Source: Octopus sinensis
Lineage: Eukaryota
Reading direction: 5' to 3'
Assembly (NCBI RefSeq): GCF_006345805.1
Contig: NC_043002.1
Coordinates: 36,332,001-36,396,000 of the forward strand
Length of the DNA stretch: 64,000 bases
Below, in pieces: positions 49,598-62,606 of the stretch. The position numbers and the translations under genes were made by a program. The notes below the pieces were generated by a model. The model was not told the origin of the DNA and searched no databases. It was given only the letters and a program-made list of their open reading frames with translations. Within the stretch, counting starts at the first letter, position 1. Each line of letters opens with the position of its first letter.

Positions 49598-50734
49598 CTT
49601 GCAATTCAAGCCAAGAATTCTCAAGAAGTACCATGGAGGAAAAAAATATCAACACAATTAAAAACACACCCTGCCACCTGTGAAATGGGAAATAAAGAAT
49701 TCTGTGATAAAAAAGATAAAATTAATAGTTCCCAGGTTAAAAAGATAAATGAAATTTGTGTTTCTGAGGACAGTTTAAAACTTTCATGTAAAGCTAAAAA
49801 TTTACTGAACATTCCTTTCAATTCTTTTGAGCAAAAAACTGATCCCATTAAAACTGAAATTACTTCTGATTTCAAAACTAGTCTTCCTTTACCCACAAAG
49901 TCATTTCAAAGAGTTGAAAGTGATTGTCAGACATCTGGGAATTCTGAGTGTTCATCTGTATCTTTAAATACCTCTAAAATCTTATTAAAAACTAGTAATG
50001 ACACTCAACATAAATGGAAAACATGTTTATCTAATTCTTTTGCTTCTGGTGAATCTACACAGAAAATAACTCCTAGTGAAACAATGAAACCACAAATAAC
50101 CATTTCTACAAATGTAAGGGAAAATTCTGATTTAGTATGTTCCTCAAAACAAGTTAATGAAGAAAGATTGGCAGTTCCTTTATTACAAGAATCATCATAT
50201 ATTGAAAAACAAAATAAATTCAAACCTAATCAACTTGAAACCGATAACAGTTTAAAAAATTCTAGTGAAAATCCTTTTGACTCCAACCATATTTCAAAAT
50301 CTGATGAGGAACTAATTTCAAGTGAAGCATTGTGTTGTGGTGAGGTCAATATTCCACTTAAGTGTCAGGAAGTAAGTAGTGGTTTACAGACTGGTAATGA
50401 CTGCATAAAGAATCCAACAGCTTTATTGAATCAGAAAGAGGTAAATAATGATACAGACCCTTTCCAGATAAGTAACTCTTCAGCTTCTCTCTTCAACTCG
50501 GATCAGAAAATTTCATCCCAGTCTTTGCAATGTTGTCACTTAAATCAAAGTAGCGAGAATCAGCCCATTAAAATAACGAGTAGTTTATCTTCAGATCATA
50601 CTAAAAACTCTGATGCTAAAGAAGAGCAAACTGAGATTCTGGATAAACTAGATGTAAAACAGTTTCAAAAAGATCCTTTTTCTGTATGTGATTTTCAAAC
50701 AATCTGTGATTTAAAATTAACGAGAACTGAAAAG
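49598..50734 (+). CDS. PALB2: PALB2 large Ser/Asn/Lys-rich exon
   Basis: tttgcag|CTT ... GAA AAG|gtaatt; 1137 nt, phase 0-0; ends DFQTICDLKLTRTEK at the start of the WD40 region. Confidence 0.85.
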
Positions 50735-50784
50735 GTAATTATATTTTTATTGCATGTATTATTTCCCACTAAAACTACACACAT

Positions 50785-51150
50785 CTCTTTTACTCTCTCT
50801 TTTACTTGTTTCAGTCATTTGACTGCGGCCATGCTGGAGCACCGCCTTTAGGCGAGCAAATCGACCCCAGGACTTATTCTTTGTAAGCCTTGTACTTATT
50901 CTATCGGTCTCTTTTGCCGAACCGCTAAGTTATGGGGGTGTAAACACACCAGCATCGGTTGTCAAGCGATGTTGGACACACACACACATACGATGGGCTT
51001 CTTTCAGTTTTTGTCTACCAGATCTATTCAAGTTTTTGGTCGGCCTGAGGCTATAGTGGAAGACACTTGCCCAAGGTGCCATGCAGTGGGACTGGACCCA
51101 GAACCATGTGGTTGGTAAGCAAGCTACTTACCACACAGCCACTCCTGCGC
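50785..51150 (-). mobile_element. Young full-length tRNA-derived CORE-type SINE
   Basis: Reverse strand gcgcaggagtggctgtgtggtaag (box A)...gggtccagtccc (box B-like)...gcaccttgggcaagtgtcttc; (gtaaaaga)-like tail. Confidence 0.9.
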
Positions 51151-51726
51151 ATATGATTATATACCATCTGAAACTTCAAAATGTTTGTAGCTCTCTTTCA
51201 AAAACTTAATATCAAGCTGAAAAGTTTCTTGTTTAGCCCTGACCAAGCAGATCTATCATCAAAAGGATTCCAACCATGACTGTCCCCATTGCTCTATTGT
51301 GATAGTGTAAAATTTGACTGCTAACAAGTCGTGTTACAATGTAGAGCCTCCTCATTGGCTCAATATGGAAATATATACCGTAACTGTGGAATACAATTTC
51401 TTTTTAATAAAATGTTGACTTAGTTCATTTGTTGAGAAAATATCTCAGTGTATTGGTTCCTTGAAATGTTTCAAATCATATTTTATCCTATCAAATACAA
51501 TGTAAAGCTTTCTTAGAACAAATATTTACTTTAACTACAGTTTAGTTCTGTACAAAGCCATTAATTAGTTTAGTAGTCACTTTTCATTATCAGTCTAAAG
51601 TAGTGTTTGAAGCATGATTACAATTATAAACTCCATTTAAAAAGAAAACTGGATATTTTGATTTCATAAATAACGTGTTTCTTTTAAGGTGTGTATGTTG
51701 ATTTTCATATTGTTTCACTTTTACAG

Positions 51727-51906
51727 ATTCCTGATAACAATGAAGTTGTTAGTCTTTTGAACACAAGTTGCAGTGTTTCCATTCATAGAGACTTTACTGT
51801 ATGTGAGAATTATTTAGTAGGTGTCACCAAATCTGAAATTCTATTCTGGACGTATACTAAAAATGAAGACTGGCACATAATTTATCAATGGAAAGTTTCT
51901 GATTAT
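51727..51906 (+). CDS. PALB2: PALB2 WD40 exon
   Basis: tttacag|ATT...TAT|gtaagt; EILFWTYTKNEDWHIIYQWKVSD versus human [23 protein letters not shown]; 180 nt. Confidence 0.88.
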
Positions 51907-52569
51907 GTAAGTGTTATTTTTAAGTTTAAGAAGCTGGAAGAGAAGTCTTTCAGTTTACACACGTTTGCCTTTAAAATGACATATTTATTTTCTGAAACAC
52001 TATCATTGACTTGCTGCAATACTTCATTCACTTTAAAAGTATCTGTAATGCAAGGTTATTTCAATATAAGGGAAATATTTCGAACTATGTCTCATTATCA
52101 TAGGCAGTCTGTTGGTGGTTGATGATTATTTGCCATGTGAAAATATCTTGGTTGTAGTAATAAAAGGAGATTGTTCTCTCCTGGTCTCTGTCCTCAGCTG
52201 CAGATATTAATGTCCAATCTTTTTGTGTTTATCCATTTGCTTTTTAGTCAGTGGTTGGGTGGTGTAGCCCAATTTACTCCTTTCTTTCTATGATGATGAT
52301 GATGATGATACTGGGCAGTCTGGTTGTTCAAAGATCAGCTATATTGATGTTATATATATTTCCATAAGTCTAGTATGCTTCTCTAGTTTAATCAGGCTGT
52401 CCTCTAATGTTCTAACATTACATTGAGCTAGGTTTGATTTCTTGCATCCAAGTGAATTTTTTGCTGTTGCTCAGAGCAGGAGACAGCTGGTGAAATCATT
52501 GTTAACTGAGGTTGCAATAGATCTAATATACTTTTGACTTATCAGCATTATTTCATAGGATTGCTTTAA

Positions 52570-52786
52570 CCCGTTTGATACCAACCTGCCCGAAACTGCC
52601 TCTGGCTCTGTAGTACAAATGTCTTGTTTACAGAAGTTCTAAATTAAAATCTTCCACCATACCTTAGTCACAATTTATGTTCCTAACACTAGCTTAATGA
52701 TAACCAAGTTATTTTACTAAATTTATTATATTTAAAATTAATTGAAAGAAACCGAGTATCTCAACAGAAATATGGTAACAAAAGGG
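52570..52786. mobile_element. piggyBac-type MITE with TTAA TSD
   Basis: ttaa|cccgtttgatacc...ggtaacaaaaggg|ttaa. Confidence 0.85.
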
Positions 52787-53364
52787 TTAAGTACTAGTTG
52801 CTTTTGCAATTAGTAGCAACACTTTCTCATCTATAGTATGCAGAACTGACAAGGATAGGCCAAGTCATATTGATTCTACAATCACTAGTGATGGGCCAGT
52901 AGATACACAGCTGTTGACACTCCTGAATTCATTTGTCCCTTTTTGATAAGTTTTGATTTTTATCCTGTAGGGTGTCCCAAAACCACCCTTCTACTAAGCA
53001 AGCATGATGGGGCTGCCAGTTTTGGCCTCAACGGTTTGACTATACACATTGTATTGGCTTGCAGGAAACATATCTAATAACCTATTAAAACAAATATTTT
53101 GAGAAAGTTTTGGTATTCTAAATGCTATTAAGATTGAGTGGTAAGAAATCTGCTGTGATATAAATATAGTTTGCGGCATCAAACAACTTAATACATGTTC
53201 TATTAGAAATTTTTTAAAATTCAGTATTTTTATATAGTACTTATTGATTCATTTATATGTAATTGGGTAGTAATTCAAGACCAATTCCCATTTAATTTTA
53301 TATTGTATTTTGAGTTAAAGGGCATTGCAAACTTATCACTTTCCATCAAGAACCTTCCTTTTCG

Positions 53365-54095
53365 TTGTCCTTTAATGTCCATTTTCCATGCTGGTATGAG
53401 TTGGACGGTTTAACCAGAACTGGCAAGCTGGAAAGCTGCACCAGGTTCCAGTCTTATTTGGTTAGGTTTCTTTGGCCCTTCCTAATGCCAACCCCTTTAT
53501 AATCTGTGCTAGGTGATTCTAACATACCAGCACGAATGCTTTTTACATGGCACTGGCATAGGACTCTAGTAGGCCAGTCCTCTTCACAAGGAGGAGCAGC
53601 CCTAACATTTCTGCTGTGGAGGACAGGTCTTGAGTACAGCAAAGTGACAGTATCTCAGTCCTTTGTCATCTTGTCTGGTATGGTTTGTTTATCTATAGAA
53701 GTACATACTAACCCTTGAAATAGTTATCTTGAAATTAGATATTCTGATAGTTTTGTTTTTTACTGAGAAGTCATATCACAGAGTAAGTAAATGTTGGTTT
53801 TTAAATTCATGTTTTAGGGATTGTATCTTTTCACATTCATGACATTTTACAGTTTTTGTGGGGAGCTTGAAAATATTGTATAGACTGCTGACTTTAACAT
53901 TCTCTGTTTTTAAGTCATTTGCTGCGTGTGTGTGCACATACACACATCATTCGTTGTCCATGCTGACATGGGTTGGACGGTTTGATCAGGGCCAGCAAGT
54001 TGGAAGTCTACACCAGACACCAGTCTGATTTGGCATGGTTTCTGCAGTTGGATGCCCTTCCTAATACCAACTACTCCGAGAGTGTAATGGGTGCC
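53365..54095 (-). mobile_element. Two older RTE 3' UTR copies (about 53365-53500 and 53945-54095)
   Basis: ccatgctg..tgggttggacggttt...ggatgcccttcctaat motifs. Confidence 0.75.
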
Positions 54096-54149
54096 ATAAT
54101 TAACATTTTTTAGTGATAGAAAAATGTTTAATAAATTAAAATTTTACAG

Positions 54150-54167
54150 ATCTCTGATTGTCATGAG
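54150..54167 (+). CDS. PALB2: Possible 18-nt PALB2 micro-exon (ISDCHE)
   Basis: ttttacag|ATCTCTGATTGTCATGAG|gtatct; frame-neutral and not required by homology. Confidence 0.25.
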
Positions 54168-54973
54168 GTATCTTATTTCTGAATATACCAAGCACAGTGG
54201 CCCCACAACATTTTCACTGAACTTCATCATGGGGCTCCAAGCTTTTGGAAAATCTATAAATTTGACAAATTTTGAGCTCAGTTCCTAGATCTTCCCACCC
54301 AACCTTGTGCCATTTTCATGAACCCCTGGGTTGGGAACTGCTGGCTCAGTGGATTAGTGTTATCAAGTTTAGTTTAAAAGTAAAGTCCTTGTTTACTGCC
54401 CCACTCGTTATGTCTGTCAACAATTTATTTGTAGTGGAACAGGCCACTTCTCTGGCTTGGGTGTCCTCCACAACACTGCTTTAGAAACTTTATTTAACTG
54501 CCCTTCCGTATTTTTTTTATTTTTCTCTTTCATGAATGCCATGTTCTTTAGAAGCTTGTTTAGAGACCAAATTAATAGCCTTTTAAGCTTCCTCCAAGTG
54601 AATAGTAGTAAAATTTTGAATAGCAAAAATTTGATATCACAAGGGGGCATCAGGATTTTAGAAATGATTCAGTGGGGCATGGCCAAAAATCAGTTGGGAA
54701 CCACTTATCTACATTTTTGTAGTCCTCAGTTTTGCACAAGGCTACCAATTTTTTAGGGTGTTGTTGGTGAATCAATCAATTCACTTTACTGGTACTTTTT
54801 TGGGGACCTGGAGGGATGAATAACATTCAGCCCTGATGGATTTGAAATTAGAACCTAGAAAAAAGCATAACTAAATGTTGTATAGTATTTAATCCAGCAC
54901 TTCACCATTTCTCCCATTCCATTTGCTTATTCATTTTATTTAGTTATTACTGAAAAAAACCTTCTGTTTTCAG

Positions 54974-55146
54974 CTCAAGGAATGTTCCACTGCAAGTCTT
55001 CATCCTTATGACAGTGCTGTGTGTGTTGCTGTTCTAGGGTTGAAGGCTCAAATGCATCACAGTCTAATACTTTCTACATTCCAAGGCCTCAGTAAAAGAA
55101 GCATTTCTGTAGTAGTTACATCGGTTGTCTCCCTTCCAACCAATCA
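54974..55146 (+). CDS. PALB2: PALB2 WD40 exon
   Basis: ttttcag|CTC...AAT CA|gtatgt; YDSAVCVAVLG versus human YNLVCVALG; 173 nt, phase 0 to 2. Confidence 0.8.
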
Positions 55147-56419
55147 GTATGTTACTAATACTTTCTTTTTAATTTATCAATTTTTTATATTCTGGTAGTT
55201 TTTGATCTCGTAAGAAAGAAAAAAATAAACTATAAAGTAGATGATGCAATGATTTATTAAATATCATAACCTATTAATTTGTTTCTGTTATTAGTGAGCT
55301 CAGTAATTTGCTATTCATCTTTCTTGGGTCATCATCATCAAAGAAACTACCAGTCAAATACTGGTGTTGTTTTTTTTTTTAATCCACAATACCCTCCCTG
55401 AAAACTGGTATCCTTGTCCCAATGTTAGAAATCAATAATTTATTGAATATATAAAACAGAAAATTAAAAAGCTTATTCTGGGTTAGTTGCACAAGTTAAA
55501 CTAAATGGCCACATAAACCAAAAGGGAGTCTACTGGTTTGTTATCAAATTTTTCTTTTTAATGACATCAGGCAATATGTAAATTTTGGTAACAGTTGAAT
55601 TTTGTAGTGGGTTAATGGTGGGCAAGGGTAACCATTTAATAGGGAGACTTTGGGCATTGAAGGTCAGTTGATTTTGGTAGACTTTCAGCCTAGGGACAAT
55701 TTCCAAAAATTTCGCTTCTGAAAAATGTTGGGGTAAAAAGCATTCCTACAGACATGGTAGAATTGCAGCTGAGATTTGTGCAGAGCAACAAAACCTTTTG
55801 TGCATGCAGTTGTTCAATATCCAAGTATTGTTGACTTGCGGAGTTGTATAACAATTGGAGTCATATAAAAGACAGATTTTTTCAATTTGTTGATTCTTTT
55901 GTGAAGATCACCTGCTGCCTTCCTTTATTGAGAAAGGACAAGCAGTTTTCCTTTGGCTTAAAGCTATAACAAAAGAGTTTGTATGGTGGACAAGACTGAA
56001 AGGATTGAGGGCAGTTTCTTCTTTGGCCAAGTCTTCATAAACTTCAGATTCTACTTGGAGATGAAAGTAAAGGGAGATATGGAAGTTCATCCCTCTAGTA
56101 AATTTGTAGTGGAGTGGGTGTGAGGGGCAATAATGGATTAGGTAAACACCTTACTCTTAGCATGCACCTTGCAGGCTGTACACAGCTGGAAGAAACAATT
56201 GCCCTTTATAGTCAGGGTTAACCTTGGATCTGTGGTATTCTCTGATTGGCTTCAGTTGCTGTTTTCCTATTGTAATGTCTCATTTTATTCCTTTCATGTA
56301 CCATTATTTTTCATAACCAGTTATGTATAACTCTCTATTGCTTATGTAATTTATCCTTATAAATGTTTTTTCTCATCCTAGTTCTTGTGGCTAATAAATG
56401 ATTTTTTTACTTTTTACAG

Positions 56420-56638
56420 AATAATCTACTGCTCTCTGAACAGCTTTGAGCTTGCTGTAGCTTCATCAAACAACGAGAATACAAAAATCTCTAAAATATA
56501 TCTTTTGGAAGATTTTACTGCTGTCAAAGAAGAACAAAGTTTAGAATCTACTTCTGAAAAACTTCTCTCATTAGCTACTATTCAAAGATTGCCTGCTGGT
56601 CTTATTGGACTAACAGTTACCAATGTTTTATTGATATG
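56420..56638 (+). CDS. PALB2: PALB2 WD40 exon
   Basis: tttacag|A ATA...ATA TG|gtaaat; LLSLATIQRLPAGLIGLTVTNVLLIW versus human [26 protein letters not shown]; 219 nt, phase 2-2. Confidence 0.9.
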
Positions 56639-57808
56639 GTAAATTTAACTCTTGACTTTTTAAAAAAAATTTAGGCAATACTAGTGTCCTGGTAATTATA
56701 TTAGCTTAATATGGTAACATTATCTGATGCTTAGCTGGGTAAATATGTTTGATACCAAACTAAAGAAGGTTACCAGTAAATGACCATGTTATGTTTGTTG
56801 CATGTATATTGGTAATAGTTCCTATTTCTTTTATCACTTTAAATTATTAGATGCAAAATTGGTGCTTTGGTATGTAGAGTAAGCTGAAACCAAACTCTTA
56901 GATTGTATGTAAAACTTATTTTAGGAAAAAATCATGAGCTGTAAAGACCCTAAAGATGATTGCCTCTTATCTCTGGAGATTTCAGGGATTCTGTTAACAC
57001 CTCACCATGTGTTCAATTTACTTGAGAGAAATTCTGGAAACTCTCTACCTGTGAGTTTTAAAGGAGTCTTCAATTATTGCATTTGTAGTGTTTTACTTTT
57101 TGCTCCTGAAATTTGGCCTTTAAACTTTGAATTCTTAAACTGCCTCACTGAAAATAAGAGTGCTAGGAATTGCTTCTCCCATTTTCTAAAAATCTCAACC
57201 AGAAATAAGAAGCAACCTATGTCTGTTCTTAGATTAGGAGGCTGTCAAATAAACAGGTTACACTCATTTGATGAACTGTATACCATGAGAGAGGATATGT
57301 AACCAAAGATAGTACTTAGGCTTGCAGTGGGTAGTATTTGTCTGCTTTCTTCTCTGTTCAAGGAAATGCTGATGAGAACAAGACAAAGTTCACCTGTCCA
57401 ATTTTGTTCTGTGTCTTACAACATGGATTAGGTGAATTTTGTGCCATCAGCATTTAAGAAGGTTGTCTGTAGCTAGACTAAAAAGTTCTTCTCTACTCTA
57501 CCAATTACTGCTCAAAGTTACTGTGTTTACCTGCAATTCAGATGGCAGCATTAATGATCACTTAAGTTTCATTTTTGCCATACTTTTTTACAGTTTGATA
57601 CCATAAAAAGCATGATATTTTGTAGTTGGGGCTGAGTGCAATTTATTGTGACACTGGTACTAAATATTGCTGATTGAAGGATTAAAAAAATCTTATCTCC
57701 TTTGTATCCATTTATATTCGGTATTATGATCCTCAGTGGAGATACTGTGACCATTAACATGTTATCTCAATATTGTCTACCCCTTTTATGGAAGGGGAGC
57801 AACAGATA

Positions 57809-58380
57809 CGAGGTGGTATCAAAAAGTTCCTGAACTAGTTCTGTAGAGTGCCAACATATAATAGCACACGGTTGCATGCATCATGAGAGCTAGCTGTGAC
57901 CTTCATGAGATAGTACCTGAGTGACATTACTGAGTTTACTTCACAAGTTTTGAAATATGTGTTTTTGTGATCACATCTGCTGTAGTCTGCGATTTTTGTC
58001 ATGGACAGGAAGTTGAAACAAAGAGCCAATGTGAAATTTTGAGTTAAACTTGGGAAGTCTGCTACAGAGATATTGAGCATGTTTTGGCAAGCTTAAGGCA
58101 ACTAGGCAATGTGTTATACACAATGTTACAAGTGGAACGGGCACTTCAAAAGTGGAAGAACATCTCTGGAAGAGAATGAACAATGGGGAAGACCCACCAC
58201 AAGTGTCACCCCTGGTAATGTGGAGAAAATACAACTTGTACATGAGGATTGTCAGAGGACAATCAATGACATTGCTGATGTTGGTCTGTTGTATAGGTTC
58301 ATGCAAGCAATCCTAATGTTTAGATTCTTCAAGACAATGCATCTTGTCACCAAGCTCTCCTCACTTGGGAATTTTACATC
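57809..58380 (+). mobile_element. Decayed mariner 5' half
   Basis: TA|cgaggtggtatcaaaaagt left TIR; FKSGRTSLEE...GRPTTSVT...NVEKI (HTH linker). Confidence 0.8.
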
Positions 58381-59108
58381 AAAAACAATATGCAATGTTT
58401 TTACCAGTTTGAGTATGCTAAAAGCATATTTGGACTTGTAAACAAGCCATTCTCAGTGTTTTGTCATGGAGAAAATTTCTTGCTGTAGGCATAGGGTGTA
58501 AATTTATTTTACAAAATTCTAATGATTTAGAATATTATCCTTTATTAATGATAAAGATAGAATGAAATATACAACTATTTGGTTTTAAGGGTTATGGAGA
58601 GAACTTCCTTTAAAATATAAAGTCTAGGTAAAATGTTATAATTTTACTTCAGTTTAGTATGCAATATCATAGTTGGACACATTATTTTGGCATTGGAATT
58701 CAATGGGTGTGTGTTCTTGGAGAATGATCATTTACTAATATTAAGATTGTAGGAACAAAAGCCATTATCTTAGATTGATTGTAAGCATGATTACGACTTT
58801 CATCAAAGTGTAACATAAGACATTGCTATGTACAGTCATGTTTATTTTAATCAGAAAATTCAGGTGACTAAATAAATAATTTCTTAATGACATATGTATT
58901 TTGTATAATCCTAATACTAATGTTTGTAGAATGTTAATATTGTTATAACTCAAATGAATCCTAAGTCATTTTGCTGTCTTGTCCTTAAATTTTTGCATGT
59001 GCTAGAATCCATGTATAGTATTAATGATACCTGATTTAAAATAGTGTATGACTTCTAATTTATAATACAATAACCTATAATTATTGTTGGGATTTTTTCT
59101 ATTTCTAG

Positions 59109-59199
59109 GAACCATACCACAAACTTGTTATTGATAAAAGTACCTTTGACTGATATCAACGAAAATTGTTGTAATATACCAACAGCTATGAATTTGGAA
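59109..59199 (+). CDS. PALB2: PALB2 WD40 exon
   Basis: ttctag|G AAC...GAA|gtaagt; (W)NHTTNLLLIKV...AMNLE versus human WNLKTGQLLKKM...YSEM; 91 nt, phase 2 to 0. Confidence 0.88.
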
Positions 59200-60377
59200 G
59201 TAAGTAAAAAAAAAAAAATCTATTTTGCATTAAACACTTTATATTTTAAAATTTTGTCAGTTTGATAGTGAAGTACTGGCTTACCTGTTATCTCTATAGT
59301 TATATAAAGCTCTGTATGTCTGATAAATGTAGTGGGACAGCAGCTATTGTGATTTGGTCACATCAAATTTGTACAGGTGTACAGAAATAGAGCAGTGCGG
59401 GAAAAGGGAGAGAGCATACCTTTCAAAAACCAACTATATGTTGGAGTGAACAGCATTGTTTTTCAGTTACACAAAAGCATGGTGAAATTATATCTGGAAG
59501 GTATGCGTGTTGCACCTTGTTTACTGACTGACTGACTGACTGCCATAGGCTTGCTCTATCAGAGCTGATGTAGGGCTACACAGCATCAAAATTAGCAGTT
59601 TGTATATGGGTTGGAATAGAAATATATATATTGTATACTTGACATATAAAGTGACTTTTGAGTGATCTTTGTCAATGCATTTTGACCTTTTGACTTGAAG
59701 AATGTTTAATAAAAATTCACATAGTTTGAACAGAAGAGATGACCTGGAGATAGTGTTATTTAGTTGGGGTCTGTCAACTAATATTTTAAATCTTTAATTT
59801 CTGAGAAGAAAACAAAAGTATGAATTTCTAGAGAAAAAGGATTGGTCCAGTGATTAGTTGTTGCTATTTAGCCCCAATTTATTTCTGAGTAACCAAACTT
59901 CTGTTCAAATGAATTCAATTGTTGACCATCCCCTTCTTTCTATTTAAAAATAGTCTACTCAGGACCACATGATCTAACAAATCTTAAGATGCTAGGGGAA
60001 ATTTTGCTATTATTTCTAATAGGTTGTGCAAACATGTAGAGGCTAGCTTCTTTATGATTGTTGAAGTAAAAGAGGGAGGTTGATTTACCCTGGCGGTAAG
60101 AGGAAGCTGGGGAACAGATGTGTCAAGTGCATTAGGTTTAGGTGCAGGTTGATATATCATGAAGAACAGCCCATTATATTAGATGTAGTGAGAGATCAGT
60201 TTGATGGTGGGATAATGTTGATGTAATTTCTTGAATGCCTGTTTAGTGTTTGGAAGGGGATTGATGACAAAGCTCAGTCGTTCAACACCTTAAGCACTAG
60301 TCCACCATGGCAATTGTAGCTTACATCAGGAAGAATTTGCAATGTAGCTATAAGCCATCTATTTCAAAATATACAGT

Positions 60378-60622
60378 TATCCGTGCCGGTGGCACATAAA
60401 AAAGCACCATCTGAGCGTGGCCATTCACCAGCCTTGTCTGGCACCTGTGTCGATGGCACATAAAAAGCACCCACTACACTCATGGAGTGGTTGGCGTTAG
60501 GAAGGGCATCCAGCTGTAGAAACACCGCCAGATCTGACTGGCCTGGTGCAGCCTTCGGGCTTCCCAGACCCCAGTTGAATCGTCCAACCCATGCTAGCAT
60601 GGAAAGCGGATGTTAAATGATG
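60378..60622 (+). mobile_element. RTE 3' UTR copy
   Basis: gtgccggtggcacataaaaaagcacc...atggaaagcggatgttaaatgatga. Confidence 0.88.
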
Positions 60623-60686
60623 AAGTGCATATAGAATATTGACCAAAATTTTTTACAATTTTTTTTTTTTTTTTTTTTTTTTTAAG

Positions 60687-60814
60687 GGTCATGTAATATT
60701 TCCAGTATTATTTAAAGAGGGCTTGCAACTAGGAAGCTTTGTTGCTTTGAATCCAACAACATCGACGGTCATCAAACTACTTTCATATGAAAAGATTCCA
60801 CACTTCAATACAAG
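60687..60814 (+). CDS. PALB2: PALB2 WD40 exon
   Basis: (t)n aag|GGT...ACA AG|gtatga; SFVALNPTTSTVIKLLSY versus human QLIVINPKTTLSVGVMLY; 128 nt, phase 0 to 2. Confidence 0.9.
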
Positions 60815-61420
60815 GTATGAATTCTACCTTTTTCTTTCAACTACATTGCTCTAAAATTAAAATGTTACAATTTTTATTCTTTTGTTGATGCTGATGTAAA
60901 TTTTCATGACTTTTGCGGTTTCGATCTTAAGACAGCAACTGCTGAAACACTACTTTCAGTCTTTTTGTCAATTAAATCCTCTCTAGTACTTCTTGTTTTT
61001 TATTGGACTCTGTTTATTGATTGGCTAATACAACCTTGACATCAATGAATATAACTTAATTAGCAATTTTTTTGTTTGATACTGATTTGGCAAAATATGC
61101 ATATATGGGTTGGCCAGTCAAACCGTCCAACCCATGCCAGCATGATGATGATACATACATACTTAGTGTAAACTGTCCCTCTTGAATGTACCAATCAATA
61201 TTTCTGGTAGGTTTTTAGATCTTAAAATTTGTCATTCAGTTTCTCGAGCTCATATTTGTGTGTGTGTGTGTACATGCATGCACTCACAGAATGGGTGTGC
61301 TCATTGTTTCCATCAACCAGTTACCATTAGCAAGTTATTGGCCAACCTGGGGTCAAGATACAACCATGCTGTCATTCAATGAAACTGAATCTGAATGTGA
61401 AATTCTTTATCATATGATCA

Positions 61421-61462
<42 letters not shown>

Positions 61463-62089
61463 TTTTTACTTCAGTTTGTGGTTTGGGAGAAATTTAGCTC
61501 CTATTTTTATCAGATTGAGATGTCATAAGGCTTGATCACACCCTTCTTCCACTAGCATTTTGAAATGTAGTTATTTGAAATCATGTGAGACGTCAGGAGA
61601 AATTAAGAGAAAAAGTTGAGGTTAAATGGAGATATGGTATGTAGGAATTGCAAAAACAAATTAGACATTAAAGTAGTGGTGATGGTGGTGGCAGCAAATA
61701 TTCTCATCATTCCTAATTTCCTCCATCTGGTTCTGGTTTCATCATTTGTTGTGGCCTTCCATTACACACAATAACAATAAAGAAACCTGCTAACTTATGT
61801 TGTTGCATGTTATGTTTTAACATGGGGTTTTTTTTTTTTTTTTTACCACCTTTCCATTGTCAACCACTTTACAGTTTGGACTGGGTACATTTCATTGCAC
61901 CCTTCCTCTCGGCCCTAGACAGATTATCTGCCATTACCAAATGGACCCATATTAGAATGTATATTTCAACTGATATTTTCTTATGCACATTCACATTGTT
62001 TCTTTATAATTTTTGCTTGAATTTATTTCTTATCCTCTTAAAAATGTCTGCTTCAGTATGAAAGTATACTTTTTTTCTTTTTTTTTTAG

Positions 62090-62297
62090 CTTGAAAATGA
62101 CGTCAGCTCATGTATTTGACAAAACATTTGTGTCATTTAATGAAAATATCCTTGGACTTTGGGACCTGTTCTCTGGTTATTTAATGGCATCTATTTATTG
62201 TTCTAATATTTCTAGCGTCACAGTTTTCCATTCTGTCAATCAATTATGGCTTATAACAAGTCAGAAAGGAGGATGCATACACTGGTATAGCTCATAG
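62090..62297 (+). CDS. PALB2: PALB2 last coding exon
   Basis: (t)n ag|C TTG; ILGLWDLFSGYLMA and LITSQKGGCIHWYSS* versus human TIAIWDLLLGQCTA and LLAGQKDGNIFVYHYS*; TAG at 62295-62297. Confidence 0.92.
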
Positions 62298-62600
62298 CAC
62301 ACTTTGACAATGTTTTAAGACATAAGTGTCTGGTATATGATATTGCAAACTTTCTTTCTTTATCAAGAAAGAAAGGAACTCACCATTACAATTTCTCCTG
62401 AATTTCAGTTCTGTATATATAAAATCATTTATTTATAGAGATATATGTAAGTGAAAGTGGAGGAGAAAGAACAGAGGATGAAATATAACAGCAATGCAAT
62501 GTTAGTTTCACCTCCTCCTAGAACAGTTTTTGTTTTTGTTTTAGTGTCATGAAATTTTAGTTTTCTAATGAACTTATCTTCAGTAGTTCCAGTACAATTA

Positions 62601-62606
62601 AATAAA
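62601..62606 (+). terminator. Candidate PALB2 polyadenylation signal
   Basis: AATAAA about 300 nt after the stop. Confidence 0.45.

Noticed and set aside
50735-50851. C-terminal extension of the 419-aa ORF
   Set aside because: Read-through past the AAG|gtaatt donor into intron and SINE sequence.
51090-51150. tRNA-like A/B boxes here and in other SINE heads
   Set aside because: They continue into SINE cores and no complete cloverleaf was seen; not called as tRNA genes.
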